From Candidatus Peregrinibacteria bacterium CG1_02_54_53 (lineage in GTDB: Bacteria > Patescibacteriota > Gracilibacteria > Peribacterales > Peribacteraceae), in NCBI GenBank assembly GCA_001872575.1, contig MNWP01000030.1, positions 10,780 to 74,779 of the forward strand: a stretch of DNA of 64,000 nt, written 5' to 3'. Made by a program: the position numbers and the translations under genes. The notes under the pieces are model-generated. The model did not search any database. It saw nothing but the letters and a program-made list of their open reading frames with translations, and had not been told where the DNA came from. The number at the start of each line of letters is the position of its first letter. The stretch's first letter is position 1. This document shows, in pieces, positions 35,169 through 44,490 of this stretch.

Positions 35169-35325
35169 AAGGAACGGATCTTTGATCTCGCGCGTATCGA
35201 TGGTCAGGCCACGACGGCGGGCAGACGGAAGTGTGGCAGCGGATCGCCGATGTTGAGGACAGAAGAGTTATCGTTGATCAGAACCATAGGCACGAGGAAG
35301 GAATCCCCAGTATACTCCGATTCCT

Positions 35326-35841
35326 ATGCAACGACATTCCACCGCTACCGCGTTCGTTGTTGATTCGCAGAATCGCACGCTCCTGCTCTGGCACAAGAGG
35401 ATGCAGCGCTGGATGCCGCCGGGAGGCCATGTTGATCCGAATGAATCTCCCGAGGAGACGGCGCAACGCGAGTGCAAAGAGGAAACGGGGCTCGACGTCG
35501 AGATCATCGGCGATGGTTCAACTCCGCTCACCACAGGAGAGCAGACCGATATTTTTGCAGGAAATCGCGAAGAGGGGAGAATCCTCAAGAGGCCCATTGC
35601 ATTCCTGCTCGAAAATATTCCCGAGTCGCCCGAGCGCAACGAGCCTGCGCACCAGCATATGGATTGCGTCTATCTCGCCTGCCCGCTCGATGAAGCGCAG
35701 GCGCTGTGCCTCGCGCAGAATGAAGGTGACGAGCTCCACTGGTTTACCGTTGATGAGATCGCCGCTCTCGACGAGAAAACCGAAATCTTTGCCAACGTGA
35801 AACACTATATTCTTGCAGTGCTCACGCCCGTTGCTTCTTGA
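35326..35841 (+). CDS. NUDIX hydrolase
   Basis: The Nudix box is 'GGHVDPNESPEETAQRECKEETGL'. Confidence 0.85.
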   Translation: MQRHSTATAFVVDSQNRTLLLWHKRMQRWMPPGGHVDPNESPEETAQRECKEETGLDVEIIGDGSTPLTTGEQTDIFAGNREEGRILKRPIAFLLENIPESPERNEPAHQHMDCVYLACPLDEAQALCLAQNEGDELHWFTVDEIAALDEKTEIFANVKHYILAVLTPVAS

Positions 35842-38719
35842 GCATGTCTTTGAGGTACTGACCGGTGTAACTCTTCGGCATATCGGCGACCTGTTCGGGC
35901 GTGCCTTGTGCAACGATCTGGCCTCCGGCGTCGCCCCCTTCGGGGCCGAGATCGAGTACATGGTCCACTGACTTGATGACATCCAGGTTATGCTCGATGA
36001 CGAGCACGGTGTTGCCCTTGTTGACGAGGCGCTGAAGCACGTCGAGCAATCGTGCAATGTCGTCGAAGTGCAGGCCCGTGGTGGGCTCGTCTAAGATGTA
36101 GAAGGTACGGCCCGTAGCCCGTTTGGTAAGCTCGGTAGCCAGCTTCATGCGCTGGGCTTCTCCACCCGAAAGCGTGGTGGCGCTTTGTCCGAGATGCAGG
36201 TAGCCCAGACCCACATCTTCCAGTGTCTGCAGTTTCTTCTTGATGCCCGGGATGGCCGAAAAGAATTCAAGAGCCTCCTTGACGGTCATATCGAGTGCAT
36301 CGGCGATGGTTTTTCCTTTGTACGTGATCTCGAGTGTTTCGCGGTTGTAGCGTTTGCCTTTGCAGGTTTCGCAGGTGACGAATACATCGGGCAGAAAGTG
36401 CATCTCAATCCGTTTCATGCCGTCGCCCTCGCAGTCCTCGCAACGCCCACCCTTCACGTTGAAGCTGAAACGGCCGGTCTTGTAGCCACGCAGCTTCGAT
36501 TCCGGCAGTGAGGAGAAGACGTCGCGTATTTCGGTGAAGAGGCCGGTGTAGGTGGCGGGGTTAGAGCGCGGCGTGCGGCCGATGGGTGACTGGTCGATGA
36601 CGATGGCTTTATCGAGTTCCTGCAGTCCCTCGATGGTCTTCACGTTCTGCGGGCGCGATTTGGCTCCGTTGAGCACGCGCTGCAGCTCCGGTGCAAGTAT
36701 GCCGTGAATGAGACTCGATTTGCCTGAACCGGAGATTCCAGTCACTCCGATGAAGGTGCCCAGTGGCAGCGTGATATCGAGGTGTTGCAGATTGTGATGG
36801 TGAGCATCGGTTATGCTGAGGATCTTGCCCGATCCTTTGCGGCGCTTTGTCGGGACGGGAATGAGCTTCTTGCCGCTCAAGTACTGACCGGTTACGGATT
36901 TGCTGTTCTTGACAATGCCATCGGGCGATCCCTCGGCGATGATCTCACCACCGTATTTTCCGGCTCCGGGTCCGATCTCGAGCAAGTAGTCCGCTGCGCG
37001 CATGGTTTCTTCATCGTGCTCCACGACGATGACGGTGTTACCCAGGTCCCGCAGTTTCGTGAGCGTCGCAATCAGCCGTGCGTTGTCGCGCTGGTGCAAA
37101 CCGATACTCGGCTCATCGAGAACGTACAACACACCCTGCAGCGCAGAACCGATCTGTGTCGCAAGCCTGATGCGCTGTGCCTCGCCGCCCGAGAGCGTTG
37201 CAGCCGAGCGCGATAGCGTGAGGTACGTCAGGCCGACGTTTTCGAGAAAGGAGAGGCGTGCGATGATTTCTTTCAGGACCTTGCTCACCACGGCATATTC
37301 GTAGGCCGTCAACGCCATAGTGGTATTTGCCGTTTTCGATTCTTTTGCCGGAATCAGTCCTTCAAAAAACTTTTTGGCCGCACTCACACTGCGGTCCGTT
37401 GCATCCACGATATTGCAATCTCCCACGGTCACGCCGAGGATCTCTTTCTTCAGCCTCTTTCCGTTACAGCCGGGACAGGGGAGTTCCAGCATGTATTCCT
37501 CGATCTGCTGTCGCACGTAGCTGCTATCCGTTTCGTGGTGACGACGTTCAAGATTAGGGATTACACCTTCGAATGTGGTTTCGTAGTTGCCGTCGAACTT
37601 CTCACTCTCGAATGAAACTGCGAGTTTTTCGGGTGATCCGCGCAGAATTGCTTCGCGATATTCGGGTTTCAGCTTTTCCCACGGAGTATCCATACTGAAT
37701 CCCAGATGTGCGGCGAGTGCCTCGAGCAGTCGTGTGGTGAAACCCATGCGCGAGACGGAAGTAGCCCACGGGTGAATGGCCCCTTCCGAAAGCGAGAGGC
37801 GGGGATTCGGAGTAATCGCAACCTCATCGATCTGCAGAATTGAACCGAGACCGTGGCACGTCTCGCACGCTCCATGCGGAGAGTTGAAGGAGAAGTTACG
37901 CGGCTCAAGCTGCGCGATTGTCTCGTTGGGATGTTCCGGACAGGCGAAGAGTTCCGAAAAACGGATCTCCTTATTGTTGTCGGCATCAAGAACGATCAGG
38001 GTACCTTCGCCTTTCTTGAGTGCAAGTTCGACAGAGTCGGCAAGTCGTGAGCGGTTGGGATTCACCTCATCGCCCTTCATCTCCAAATTCCGTACAATAA
38101 GGCGATCAACGACAATTTCGATCGTATGGGCTTTCTTCGGATCGAGCTCTGTTTCTTCATCCGTGGTGACGATGGCGCCATCGATACGCATGCGCACGAA
38201 TCCCTCGCGACGAATGGCATCGAGCACTTTGATGTGCGCCCCCTTTCGTCCCTCGATCACCGGCGCAAGCAAAAAGATCTTCGTGCCCTCGGGCATGTCG
38301 GCAATCGTTTCGATGATCTGGGTGGAGGATTGTTGACTCAATTCCCGTTGGCACACGGTGCAGTGAACGCGGCCGGCTTTACTCCAGAGCAAACGCATAT
38401 AATCGTAGATTTCCGTCACGGTGCCCACCGTGGAGCGGGGATTGCGCGGAGAGGTTTTTTGGTCGATGGAGATGGCAGGCGAGAGTCCTTCGATCGATTC
38501 GACTTCAGGCTTTTCCATCTGTGCGATGAACTGACGTGCGTAGGCGGATAGACTTTCGACGTACCGGCGCTGCCCCTCGGCGAAGATCGTGTCAAAGGCC
38601 AGCGAGGACTTGCCCGAGCCCGAAAGGCCCGTTATGACGGTGAGCTTGTTTCGCGGGATTGTTACATCCACGTTCTTCAGGTTGTGCATTTTCGCGCCTT
38701 TGACGACGATTGCATCCAT
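35822..38719 (-). CDS. uvrA: Excinuclease ABC subunit A
   Basis: It has '[36 protein letters not shown]', a second Walker A '[12 protein letters not shown]' and two ABC signatures 'LSGGEAQR'. I trimmed the start to the ATG at 38719. Confidence 0.95.
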   Translation of the reverse strand: MDAIVVKGAKMHNLKNVDVTIPRNKLTVITGLSGSGKSSLAFDTIFAEGQRRYVESLSAYARQFIAQMEKPEVESIEGLSPAISIDQKTSPRNPRSTVGTVTEIYDYMRLLWSKAGRVHCTVCQRELSQQSSTQIIETIADMPEGTKIFLLAPVIEGRKGAHIKVLDAIRREGFVRMRIDGAIVTTDEETELDPKKAHTIEIVVDRLIVRNLEMKGDEVNPNRSRLADSVELALKKGEGTLIVLDADNNKEIRFSELFACPEHPNETIAQLEPRNFSFNSPHGACETCHGLGSILQIDEVAITPNPRLSLSEGAIHPWATSVSRMGFTTRLLEALAAHLGFSMDTPWEKLKPEYREAILRGSPEKLAVSFESEKFDGNYETTFEGVIPNLERRHHETDSSYVRQQIEEYMLELPCPGCNGKRLKKEILGVTVGDCNIVDATDRSVSAAKKFFEGLIPAKESKTANTTMALTAYEYAVVSKVLKEIIARLSFLENVGLTYLTLSRSAATLSGGEAQRIRLATQIGSALQGVLYVLDEPSIGLHQRDNARLIATLTKLRDLGNTVIVVEHDEETMRAADYLLEIGPGAGKYGGEIIAEGSPDGIVKNSKSVTGQYLSGKKLIPVPTKRRKGSGKILSITDAHHHNLQHLDITLPLGTFIGVTGISGSGKSSLIHGILAPELQRVLNGAKSRPQNVKTIEGLQELDKAIVIDQSPIGRTPRSNPATYTGLFTEIRDVFSSLPESKLRGYKTGRFSFNVKGGRCEDCEGDGMKRIEMHFLPDVFVTCETCKGKRYNRETLEITYKGKTIADALDMTVKEALEFFSAIPGIKKKLQTLEDVGLGYLHLGQSATTLSGGEAQRMKLATELTKRATGRTFYILDEPTTGLHFDDIARLLDVLQRLVNKGNTVLVIEHNLDVIKSVDHVLDLGPEGGDAGGQIVAQGTPEQVADMPKSYTGQYLKDMLKKQRA

Positions 38720-38760
38720 AAGGTGAATAAGGAGGAACCCCTCGACTTCGCTCGAGGTTG

Positions 38761-38779
38761 TTTTGTGTATTACACAAAA
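38761..38779. promoter_or_regulatory. Perfect palindrome upstream of uvrA (candidate operator)
   Basis: TTTTGTGT-ATT-ACACAAAA has 8-bp arms. It lies 42 nt upstream of the uvrA ATG, in the divergent intergenic region. Confidence 0.35.
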
Positions 38780-38934
38780 CAAAAAAAGCGCCCACACGCG
38801 GCGCTGAGAGCCCAGCGTAGCAAAAAAATCGACTCCTGTCTAGGGTCCAGGGGAGAAGCCCAGAGAAGAATCCGGGAGATTTTTCTCTCCATTTCGTCGA
38901 GAAGTGCACAAAAAATCCCAATCTTTCCATTACC

Positions 38935-39360
38935 ATGCATTCCATGATCGCCAGCCGAATCACGAAGGCGATTCTCGTAGACGCCGTTCATGTCTTCGTT
39001 CGAAAGGACGGAAGTATTGACGGGCAGCTACATGCGCTGCTTAAGCAGTATCCACATCGGAAGATTCTCCTTACGGGTGCGGACGATGTTCAGATGGAGC
39101 GATTCGGCTTGCTCAAGATGCCGTATGAAGTATTCACACTGAAGCACCATCCCGAGAAATCCGATCCGGCGTATTACAGAAAGATGCTCGATCACTTCGC
39201 GCTGACTTCCCATGACGTTGTGTACTTCGAACACGATGCGCAAGCGGTTGTGAGTGCTCGGTCCGTGGGGATACGGACGTTCCACTACGATCAGGACGCC
39301 AAAGATCTGCTTGCTCTAAAGGAATTTCTCGATATGCACTTTGAGTGTGAGAGTGCATAA
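38935..39360 (+). CDS. HAD-superfamily-like small hydrolase (degenerate motif I)
   Basis: It has 'AILVDAVHVF' (DxD-like), 'ILLTGADD', 'EKSDPAYYRKMLD' and 'VVYFEHDAQAVVSARSVGI'. Confidence 0.45.
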   Translation: MHSMIASRITKAILVDAVHVFVRKDGSIDGQLHALLKQYPHRKILLTGADDVQMERFGLLKMPYEVFTLKHHPEKSDPAYYRKMLDHFALTSHDVVYFEHDAQAVVSARSVGIRTFHYDQDAKDLLALKEFLDMHFECESA

Positions 39361-39409
39361 ACACGAAAAAGTGACTCGTTTCTGCAGGTTGCGGTGATAA
39401 AATGGTTCC

Positions 39410-39997
39410 ATGTTTACCGGAATCATCGAGACAACGGCTTCGGTTCTCGCAAAGAATGATGGCAGGCTCACGCTTGAGTGTCCGAAGCAGTTTGATGACG
39501 TGAAGCTCGGATCCAGTATCGCCGTATCCGGTGTGTGCCTGACCGTGGCGGAAATGGATGCACAATCGCTCACGTTCGATGTGATGCCGGAAACCGTAAC
39601 GAAGACGACGATCGGCGATTTGGCGATCGGCGATACGGTGAATCTCGAACGTGCGCTCCCGGCGCACGGACGTTTTGAAGGGCACGTGGTGCAGGGGCAT
39701 GCCGAAGGAGTAGGGGAGATTGTCGGGCTTGAGCGAACGGGCGGAGATGTACGGCTATCCATTCGTGTTCCCGGTGCGATGCGACAGGTCCTTGTTCCGA
39801 AAGGTTCTGTGACGGTGGATGGCGTGTCACTGACGATAACCGATGTCGGCACCGATACGTTTACGGTTGCCCTTATTCCCACGACTCTCATGCAGACAAC
39901 ACTCGGCACCAAGCGCATGGGTGGCCGCGTAAACATCGAAACGGACATTCTCGTCCGCACGCTCCTTGCTGGAGGCTGGAAAGGCGAGAGAGGGTAG
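39410..39997 (+). CDS. ribE: Riboflavin synthase (alpha chain)
   Basis: It has 'MFTGIIETTASV' and the duplicated motif 'GSSIAVSGVCLTV' / 'GSVTVDGVSLTI'. Confidence 0.9.
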   Translation: MFTGIIETTASVLAKNDGRLTLECPKQFDDVKLGSSIAVSGVCLTVAEMDAQSLTFDVMPETVTKTTIGDLAIGDTVNLERALPAHGRFEGHVVQGHAEGVGEIVGLERTGGDVRLSIRVPGAMRQVLVPKGSVTVDGVSLTITDVGTDTFTVALIPTTLMQTTLGTKRMGGRVNIETDILVRTLLAGGWKGERG

Positions 39998-40018
39998 AGA
40001 GGCCTGATATGTTTCAAC

Positions 40019-40098
40019 CTTTCAGGCTTCTCTCACTTCTCAAACCTCTCAAACCTCCCTTTCAGGCTTCCCTAACTTCTACAACCTCTCTAACCTTT
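40019..40098 (+). repeat. Two tandem 40-bp CT-rich repeats in the ribE-ribH spacer
   Basis: ctttcaggcttctctcacttctcaaacctctcaaacctcc is followed by ctttcaggcttccctaacttctacaacctctctaaccttt. They match at about 33 of 40 positions. Confidence 0.7.
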
Positions 40099-40103
40099 TG
40101 ACC

Positions 40104-40568
40104 ATGACAGGAACTTCTCACCCATCGTTTCCCGCCCGTATCTCCTCCGGCTGGAGGATCGGCATCGTCCACTCTTCGTTCTACCCCGAGGTGGTCTCGG
40201 AACTGGTGAAGGGGGCGCAGCAGGTTCTTCGGGATGCCGGTATCGCACCGGGGAATGTGCGCACCTACCCCGTCTCCGGATCGTTCGAAATTCCTCTTAT
40301 CGGTGCTGCGCTTATAAAGGAGAAAGAAGTGGATGCACTCATCGGTCTCGGAGTCATCGTCGAAGGCGAAACTCACCATGCCCGATTGATTGCAGAACAA
40401 ACGGCACGCGGAATCATGGATCTGCAAGTGCGGCATCTGACACCGTTTGCATTCGAGATTCTCTACGTGCATTCACTTGAACAGGCACGGGCACGACTGC
40501 GGCACGGCGCACAGGCGGCGCACACGGTTCTCCATTCGCTTGCGCAACTCTCGCCCCTGCATTCCTGA
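40104..40568 (+). CDS. ribH: 6,7-dimethyl-8-ribityllumazine synthase
   Basis: It has 'RIGIVHSSFYPEVVSELVKGA', 'VSGSFEIPL' and 'DALIGLGVIVEGETHH'. Confidence 0.9.
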   Translation: MTGTSHPSFPARISSGWRIGIVHSSFYPEVVSELVKGAQQVLRDAGIAPGNVRTYPVSGSFEIPLIGAALIKEKEVDALIGLGVIVEGETHHARLIAEQTARGIMDLQVRHLTPFAFEILYVHSLEQARARLRHGAQAAHTVLHSLAQLSPLHS

Positions 40569-40627
40569 CATCTTGTACATCACGGAGAAATGCCTGTACG
40601 ATTGCTTGTAATCTCCTCATTCTCCGT

Positions 40628-41989
40628 ATGCGCCCTTCTCTTCAACTGTCTCTTCTGGCCACAGGAACACTGTTGGCGTTCTCGTCGTCCATCTTTGCGG
40701 CAGAGGCGATTTTTCCCGATGTGCCGGTAGGCCATCGCTTCGAAGAACCCATCAATGTGCTTGTCAATGCAGGTGTACTGACAGGCAATCCAGATGGGTA
40801 CTTCTATCCTGATCGGCAGGTGAATCGTGCCGAAATGCTCAAAATGCTCTACAAGGCGACGGGCAGGTTGCCCGATGTGAACAGTCGCGCCTGCTTCAAA
40901 GATGTGGAGCGCTACAGTTGGTACGAGACCTACGTGTGCGATGGGGCGGCGCAACGCTTTGTCGATGGTTACTCCGACGGCACGTTCCGTCCGGCCAACC
41001 CCGTTAATCGCGTGGAGGCACTCAAGATGATCACGCAGGTTATCGGCATTCCCGTTGAGAATATCGGAGAGGAGGCGCGTCAGGTGGTGAATTTCGTGGA
41101 TGTTTCCGTTTCGGCTTGGTACACAAAGTACCTCTACGCGGCATATGTGAAGGGCATTCTGCCGATTGCAGGCCAGAACGCGTCACGTTTCTATCCCGAT
41201 TGGCCGCTGCTGAGAGGCGAGGCCGCAGCAATGATCTTCAATGCACTGAATGCCGATCTCATCGAGCGTCGTCAAGAGAGCAGTGCGTCTTCGGTCTCAG
41301 CAATCCGCAGCAGCAGTGCGACGTCGACGCAGTCTTCTTCATCGTCGAGTGACGCATCGAGCTACGATGTGCCGTTTCCGTTCGAGTCGGCCGGTAAATT
41401 TTCTCAGCGCAAGTCCGTCACCTACCGTTTCACGCTTGATCATACGGCGGTTGTTTCGACGGTTGCCAAATTACAGTCGGGTCAGCCGGGCAGCCTGACG
41501 TGCAGACTTTACCTCATGGCCGAATCCGGATTTTCGTACGAGTACTTCATGGGGTTCCAGGAGGGATCGACCTGCACGCTCAAGACGGCTCTGAAGCCCG
41601 GGAGTTACCAGCTGCAGCTGCAGCCGACCATTGCCGATACGACGTTTAATGTGAAGTCCGTCACCACGACGACCGGGGACGGAAGCGACGGTTTTGCCGA
41701 GGCCCAGACATTGCCGTTCAATCTGGCGCGCACGGGAACACTTGCTCCGGGTGACTATAAGGATTGGTACAAGTTCGTCGTTCCTGCCGCGAAGAGTATG
41801 CAAATTTCCGTTTCAGACTCTACACAGATCACCTGCCTGGTCTATCCCATGGAAGATGTCGATCTTTTCGGCTTCTCGGGTCCCGCGTGTAATCAGCACT
41901 TCGAGTATCAACCGGGGACGTACATCATTGCCGTTGGGCGCATGTTCCCGTCTGATGCGCGGCAGACGTACACGATTCTGGCCCAGTAA
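40628..41989 (+). CDS. SLH-domain envelope protein with C-terminal beta domains (pre-peptidase-C-terminal-like 'DWYKF')
   Basis: It has a signal peptide and three SLH repeats (FPDVPVGHRFEEPINVL..., FKDVERYSWYETYV...GYSDGTFRPANPVNRVEALKMI, VDVSVSAWYTKYL...). A Ser-rich linker follows, then 'GDYKDWYKFVV'. Confidence 0.75.
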   Translation: MRPSLQLSLLATGTLLAFSSSIFAAEAIFPDVPVGHRFEEPINVLVNAGVLTGNPDGYFYPDRQVNRAEMLKMLYKATGRLPDVNSRACFKDVERYSWYETYVCDGAAQRFVDGYSDGTFRPANPVNRVEALKMITQVIGIPVENIGEEARQVVNFVDVSVSAWYTKYLYAAYVKGILPIAGQNASRFYPDWPLLRGEAAAMIFNALNADLIERRQESSASSVSAIRSSSATSTQSSSSSSDASSYDVPFPFESAGKFSQRKSVTYRFTLDHTAVVSTVAKLQSGQPGSLTCRLYLMAESGFSYEYFMGFQEGSTCTLKTALKPGSYQLQLQPTIADTTFNVKSVTTTTGDGSDGFAEAQTLPFNLARTGTLAPGDYKDWYKFVVPAAKSMQISVSDSTQITCLVYPMEDVDLFGFSGPACNQHFEYQPGTYIIAVGRMFPSDARQTYTILAQ

Positions 41990-42066
41990 TGCATAGATTT
42001 TGATCGGTGAACTTCCCTTATGAAGGGTTAGGGGGCAGGGCATAGGTGCGCTACACTAGCGCTTCC

Positions 42067-43302
42067 ATGGCGCCCTTCGATCCGATTCGGGATAAACCGT
42101 TTGCGACTGTTTCGCAGACACTCGAAACACTCAAAGCCGGACGCATGATCATCGTGGTGGATGATGAAGAACGTGAGAACGAAGGTGATCTGATTCTTGC
42201 CGGCGAGCACGTGAGTGAAGAGGCGATGGCATTCGTCATCCGGCATACCGGCGGGGTTGTTTGTCTCGCACTCAGCAATACGATTGCGAACCAGTTGAAC
42301 TTGCCTCCGATGGTGGAACGCAATTCTTCGAAGCGCCATACACCGTTCACGGTCAGCATTGAAGCACATGAAGGTGTCGATACCGGCATCTCGGCACGTG
42401 ATCGTGCGCATACCGTTCGCACGGCAGCGCGTCCGGATGCTACTGCGAATGATCTTGCGCGGCCCGGTCATGTCTTTCCGCTGCGCGCACAGGATGGCGG
42501 AGTACTCGTGCGTGCCGGTCATACCGAAGCCGCTGTCGACCTCTGTCGTCTTGCGGGACTGCGCGAGGCTGCGGTGTTGAGTGAGCTCATGCACGACGAC
42601 GGCACGATGATGCGACTGCCCGCACTTCAACAATTTTCCGCCGATCACGATCTTCCTGTTCTGCGTATTGCCGACCTCATCGAATATCGGCGAAATGCAG
42701 AATCATTCGTGCGCAAAGAAGCGGAATCGCCGCTGCAGACGGAAACCGGTTTATGGTTGATCTGCATCTTTCGCGATTTGCTTCACGATGAAGAGCACGT
42801 GGCATTGGTAAAAGGAAATATCAGTGCGGATGTTCCGGTTCTCGTACGCGTACATTCCGAATGTTTTACAGGCGACACATTGGGCTCATTGCGCTGCGAT
42901 TGCGGGCATCAGCTTCAAACGGCGATGCATATGATGGAGAGCGAAGGGAGCGGAGTGCTGTTGTACCTGAAACAAGAAGGACGCGGAATCGGACTCGCGA
43001 ATAAAATACGTGCGTACGCATTGCAACAATCGGACGGTCTCGATACCGTCGAGGCGAATGAACGTCTCGGATTCGCCGCCGACTTGCGCGAGTATGGAAT
43101 CGGCGCGCAGATTTTAAAAAATCTTGGCGTAAAAAAGTTTCGTCTGCTCACGAATAATCCGCGCAAAATTATCGGGCTCGAAGGCTATGGCCTCGAGATG
43201 ATAAAGCGTGTGCCGATTGAGCTGACGCAAGCCACTTTGGACCAACGCTCGTATCTCATGACGAAGAAGAAAAAACTCGGACACACGATTCACGCTCTGT
43301 AA
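42067..43302 (+). CDS. ribBA: Bifunctional 3,4-dihydroxy-2-butanone-4-phosphate synthase / GTP cyclohydrolase II
   Basis: The DHBP synthase part has '[19 protein letters not shown]' and '[11 protein letters not shown]'. The GCH II part has '[24 protein letters not shown]' and '[15 protein letters not shown]'. Confidence 0.9.
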   Translation: MAPFDPIRDKPFATVSQTLETLKAGRMIIVVDDEERENEGDLILAGEHVSEEAMAFVIRHTGGVVCLALSNTIANQLNLPPMVERNSSKRHTPFTVSIEAHEGVDTGISARDRAHTVRTAARPDATANDLARPGHVFPLRAQDGGVLVRAGHTEAAVDLCRLAGLREAAVLSELMHDDGTMMRLPALQQFSADHDLPVLRIADLIEYRRNAESFVRKEAESPLQTETGLWLICIFRDLLHDEEHVALVKGNISADVPVLVRVHSECFTGDTLGSLRCDCGHQLQTAMHMMESEGSGVLLYLKQEGRGIGLANKIRAYALQQSDGLDTVEANERLGFAADLREYGIGAQILKNLGVKKFRLLTNNPRKIIGLEGYGLEMIKRVPIELTQATLDQRSYLMTKKKKLGHTIHAL

Positions 43303-43550
43303 TTTTTTATTTTTGGCACGTTTGCGAGGGCACATTTTGTCGAATGCGCCGCAGAAAGTATTTCCCATTTCATGCGCGATGCATACACTATCGTGATATA
43401 CGTTTTATTTCTTCTCCCCATTCTATGGTTAAGAAGAAAAAGGCCAGGAAGACAAAGAAGAAGAAGGCCACTAAGAAGAAGAGGCGCTAGTGCGTACTCT
43501 GTTCCTGGCAAGCGTCCCTGTCCCGCACCTGTGGGATGTGGGGCGCTTTC

Positions 43551-43961
43551 TTATGCGGACTGTTGATACTGCGCGTTCGACGGTGCCGAGAATTTTTTGT
43601 TCGACGTGTGTGTGAGTTGTTCGCGAAGAGTGTTCAGTGATGTGTGCGTGTTCATACCTTGCTGCGTTCGTTCAGCTTTCCAACTATCGAGCATCGGCAG
43701 AGGTAATGGCAGCAACTTGATCGCGTTCCACGTTAATCGAAGTGTTCCTTTCGTCATTCCTTTGATAACACTCCAGAGTACGCGGTGCGGCGCGGCCAAA
43801 ACATTCCATGTCGCGTCAACGATGTCGTGCTTCGTCGAAGCAATGAAGGGTTTGCCTTCCAGTTTTCGTACGGCGTTTTCGGCAATCTTCACCGGGAGGG
43901 TGGCAGGACTTTCAATGGCTTTGCCGACATCGCGGCCGATTTCGCTGAGCATTTCGCCCAT
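43551..43961 (-). CDS. Hypothetical protein
   Basis: This 136-aa ORF is preceded by a near-consensus promoter. Confidence 0.5.
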   Translation of the reverse strand: MGEMLSEIGRDVGKAIESPATLPVKIAENAVRKLEGKPFIASTKHDIVDATWNVLAAPHRVLWSVIKGMTKGTLRLTWNAIKLLPLPLPMLDSWKAERTQQGMNTHTSLNTLREQLTHTSNKKFSAPSNAQYQQSA

Positions 43962-43969
43962 ATAAGTAT

Positions 43970-43997
43970 ATTATACTATATATTACAAATAATTCAA
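43970..43997 (-). promoter_or_regulatory. Sigma-70-like promoter giving a leaderless or near-leaderless mRNA
   Basis: On the minus strand it reads TTGAAT-N16-TATAAT, then 8 nt, then the ATG at 43961. Confidence 0.5.
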
Positions 43998-44065
43998 TAT
44001 TTGCCATACAGCCAGGCTGAACCGAATTTCAGCGGATGAGGAATCGTGATAGGCTTTCGCTGAGC

Positions 44066-44257
44066 TGCCCGTAGAGCTCAGTTGGCCCAGACCCGCGTAT
44101 GCGGGGCGTTGAGAAAAAAGCGCCTGCGCGGAGGTCAGACCGAGTTATACTGCCGTTTGCCCGCCCGCGTAGCTCAGCTGACCCAGACCCGCGTATGCGG
44201 GGCGTTGAGAAAAAAGCGCCTGCGCGGAGGTCAGACCGAGTTATACTGCCGTTTGCC
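44066..44257 (+). repeat. Two tandem 96-bp units, each made of a tRNA-Arg 5' fragment (~19 nt) plus an identical 77-nt spacer
   Basis: Unit 1 spans 44066-44161 and unit 2 spans 44162-44257. Their 77-nt tails are identical. Unit 2 begins with gcccgcgtagctcagctga, the first 19 nt of the intact tRNA at 44258. Unit 1 begins with the variant gcccgtagagctcagttgg. Confidence 0.85.
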
Positions 44258-44334
44258 CGCCCGCGTAGCTCAGCTGAATAGAGCGCCTGGCTTCGGACCA
44301 GGAGGTCGTGGGTTTGAATCCTGCCGCGGGCACC
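44258..44334 (+). tRNA. tRNA-Arg(UCG)
   Basis: The sequence folds as GCCCGCG-UA-GCUC-AGCUGAAUA-GAGC-G-CCUGG-CUUCGGA-CCAGG-AGGUC-GUGGG-UUUGAAU-CCUGC-CGCGGGC-A-CCA. All stems pair, with two G.U pairs in the T stem. CCA is encoded. Confidence 0.85.
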
Positions 44335-44490
44335 ATTCGACTCGCCCCGCATCCGCGGGGCTCGCTCATGGCAAGCCACTCAACGCCATGATCGTTCCCA
44401 CGGAGGATCGGCGTGCACGTGCGGTATACAGGGGAGCGGGAATGGTCTTTCGGGCTGCATACTGGATACGGATCCCTGTATACTGGTCAC

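Noticed and set aside
39361-39409. FMN riboswitch upstream of the riboflavin genes (also checked 40569-40627 and 41990-42066)
   Set aside because: The spacers are only ~50-100 nt. They lack the conserved RFN core (…AGGGCGGG…CCGACCGGCGGU…-like segments).
44066-44257. Possible CRISPR array (regularly spaced repeats)
   Set aside because: There are only two units and the 'spacers' are identical to each other. The repeated part is a tRNA 5' fragment. No cas genes are nearby.
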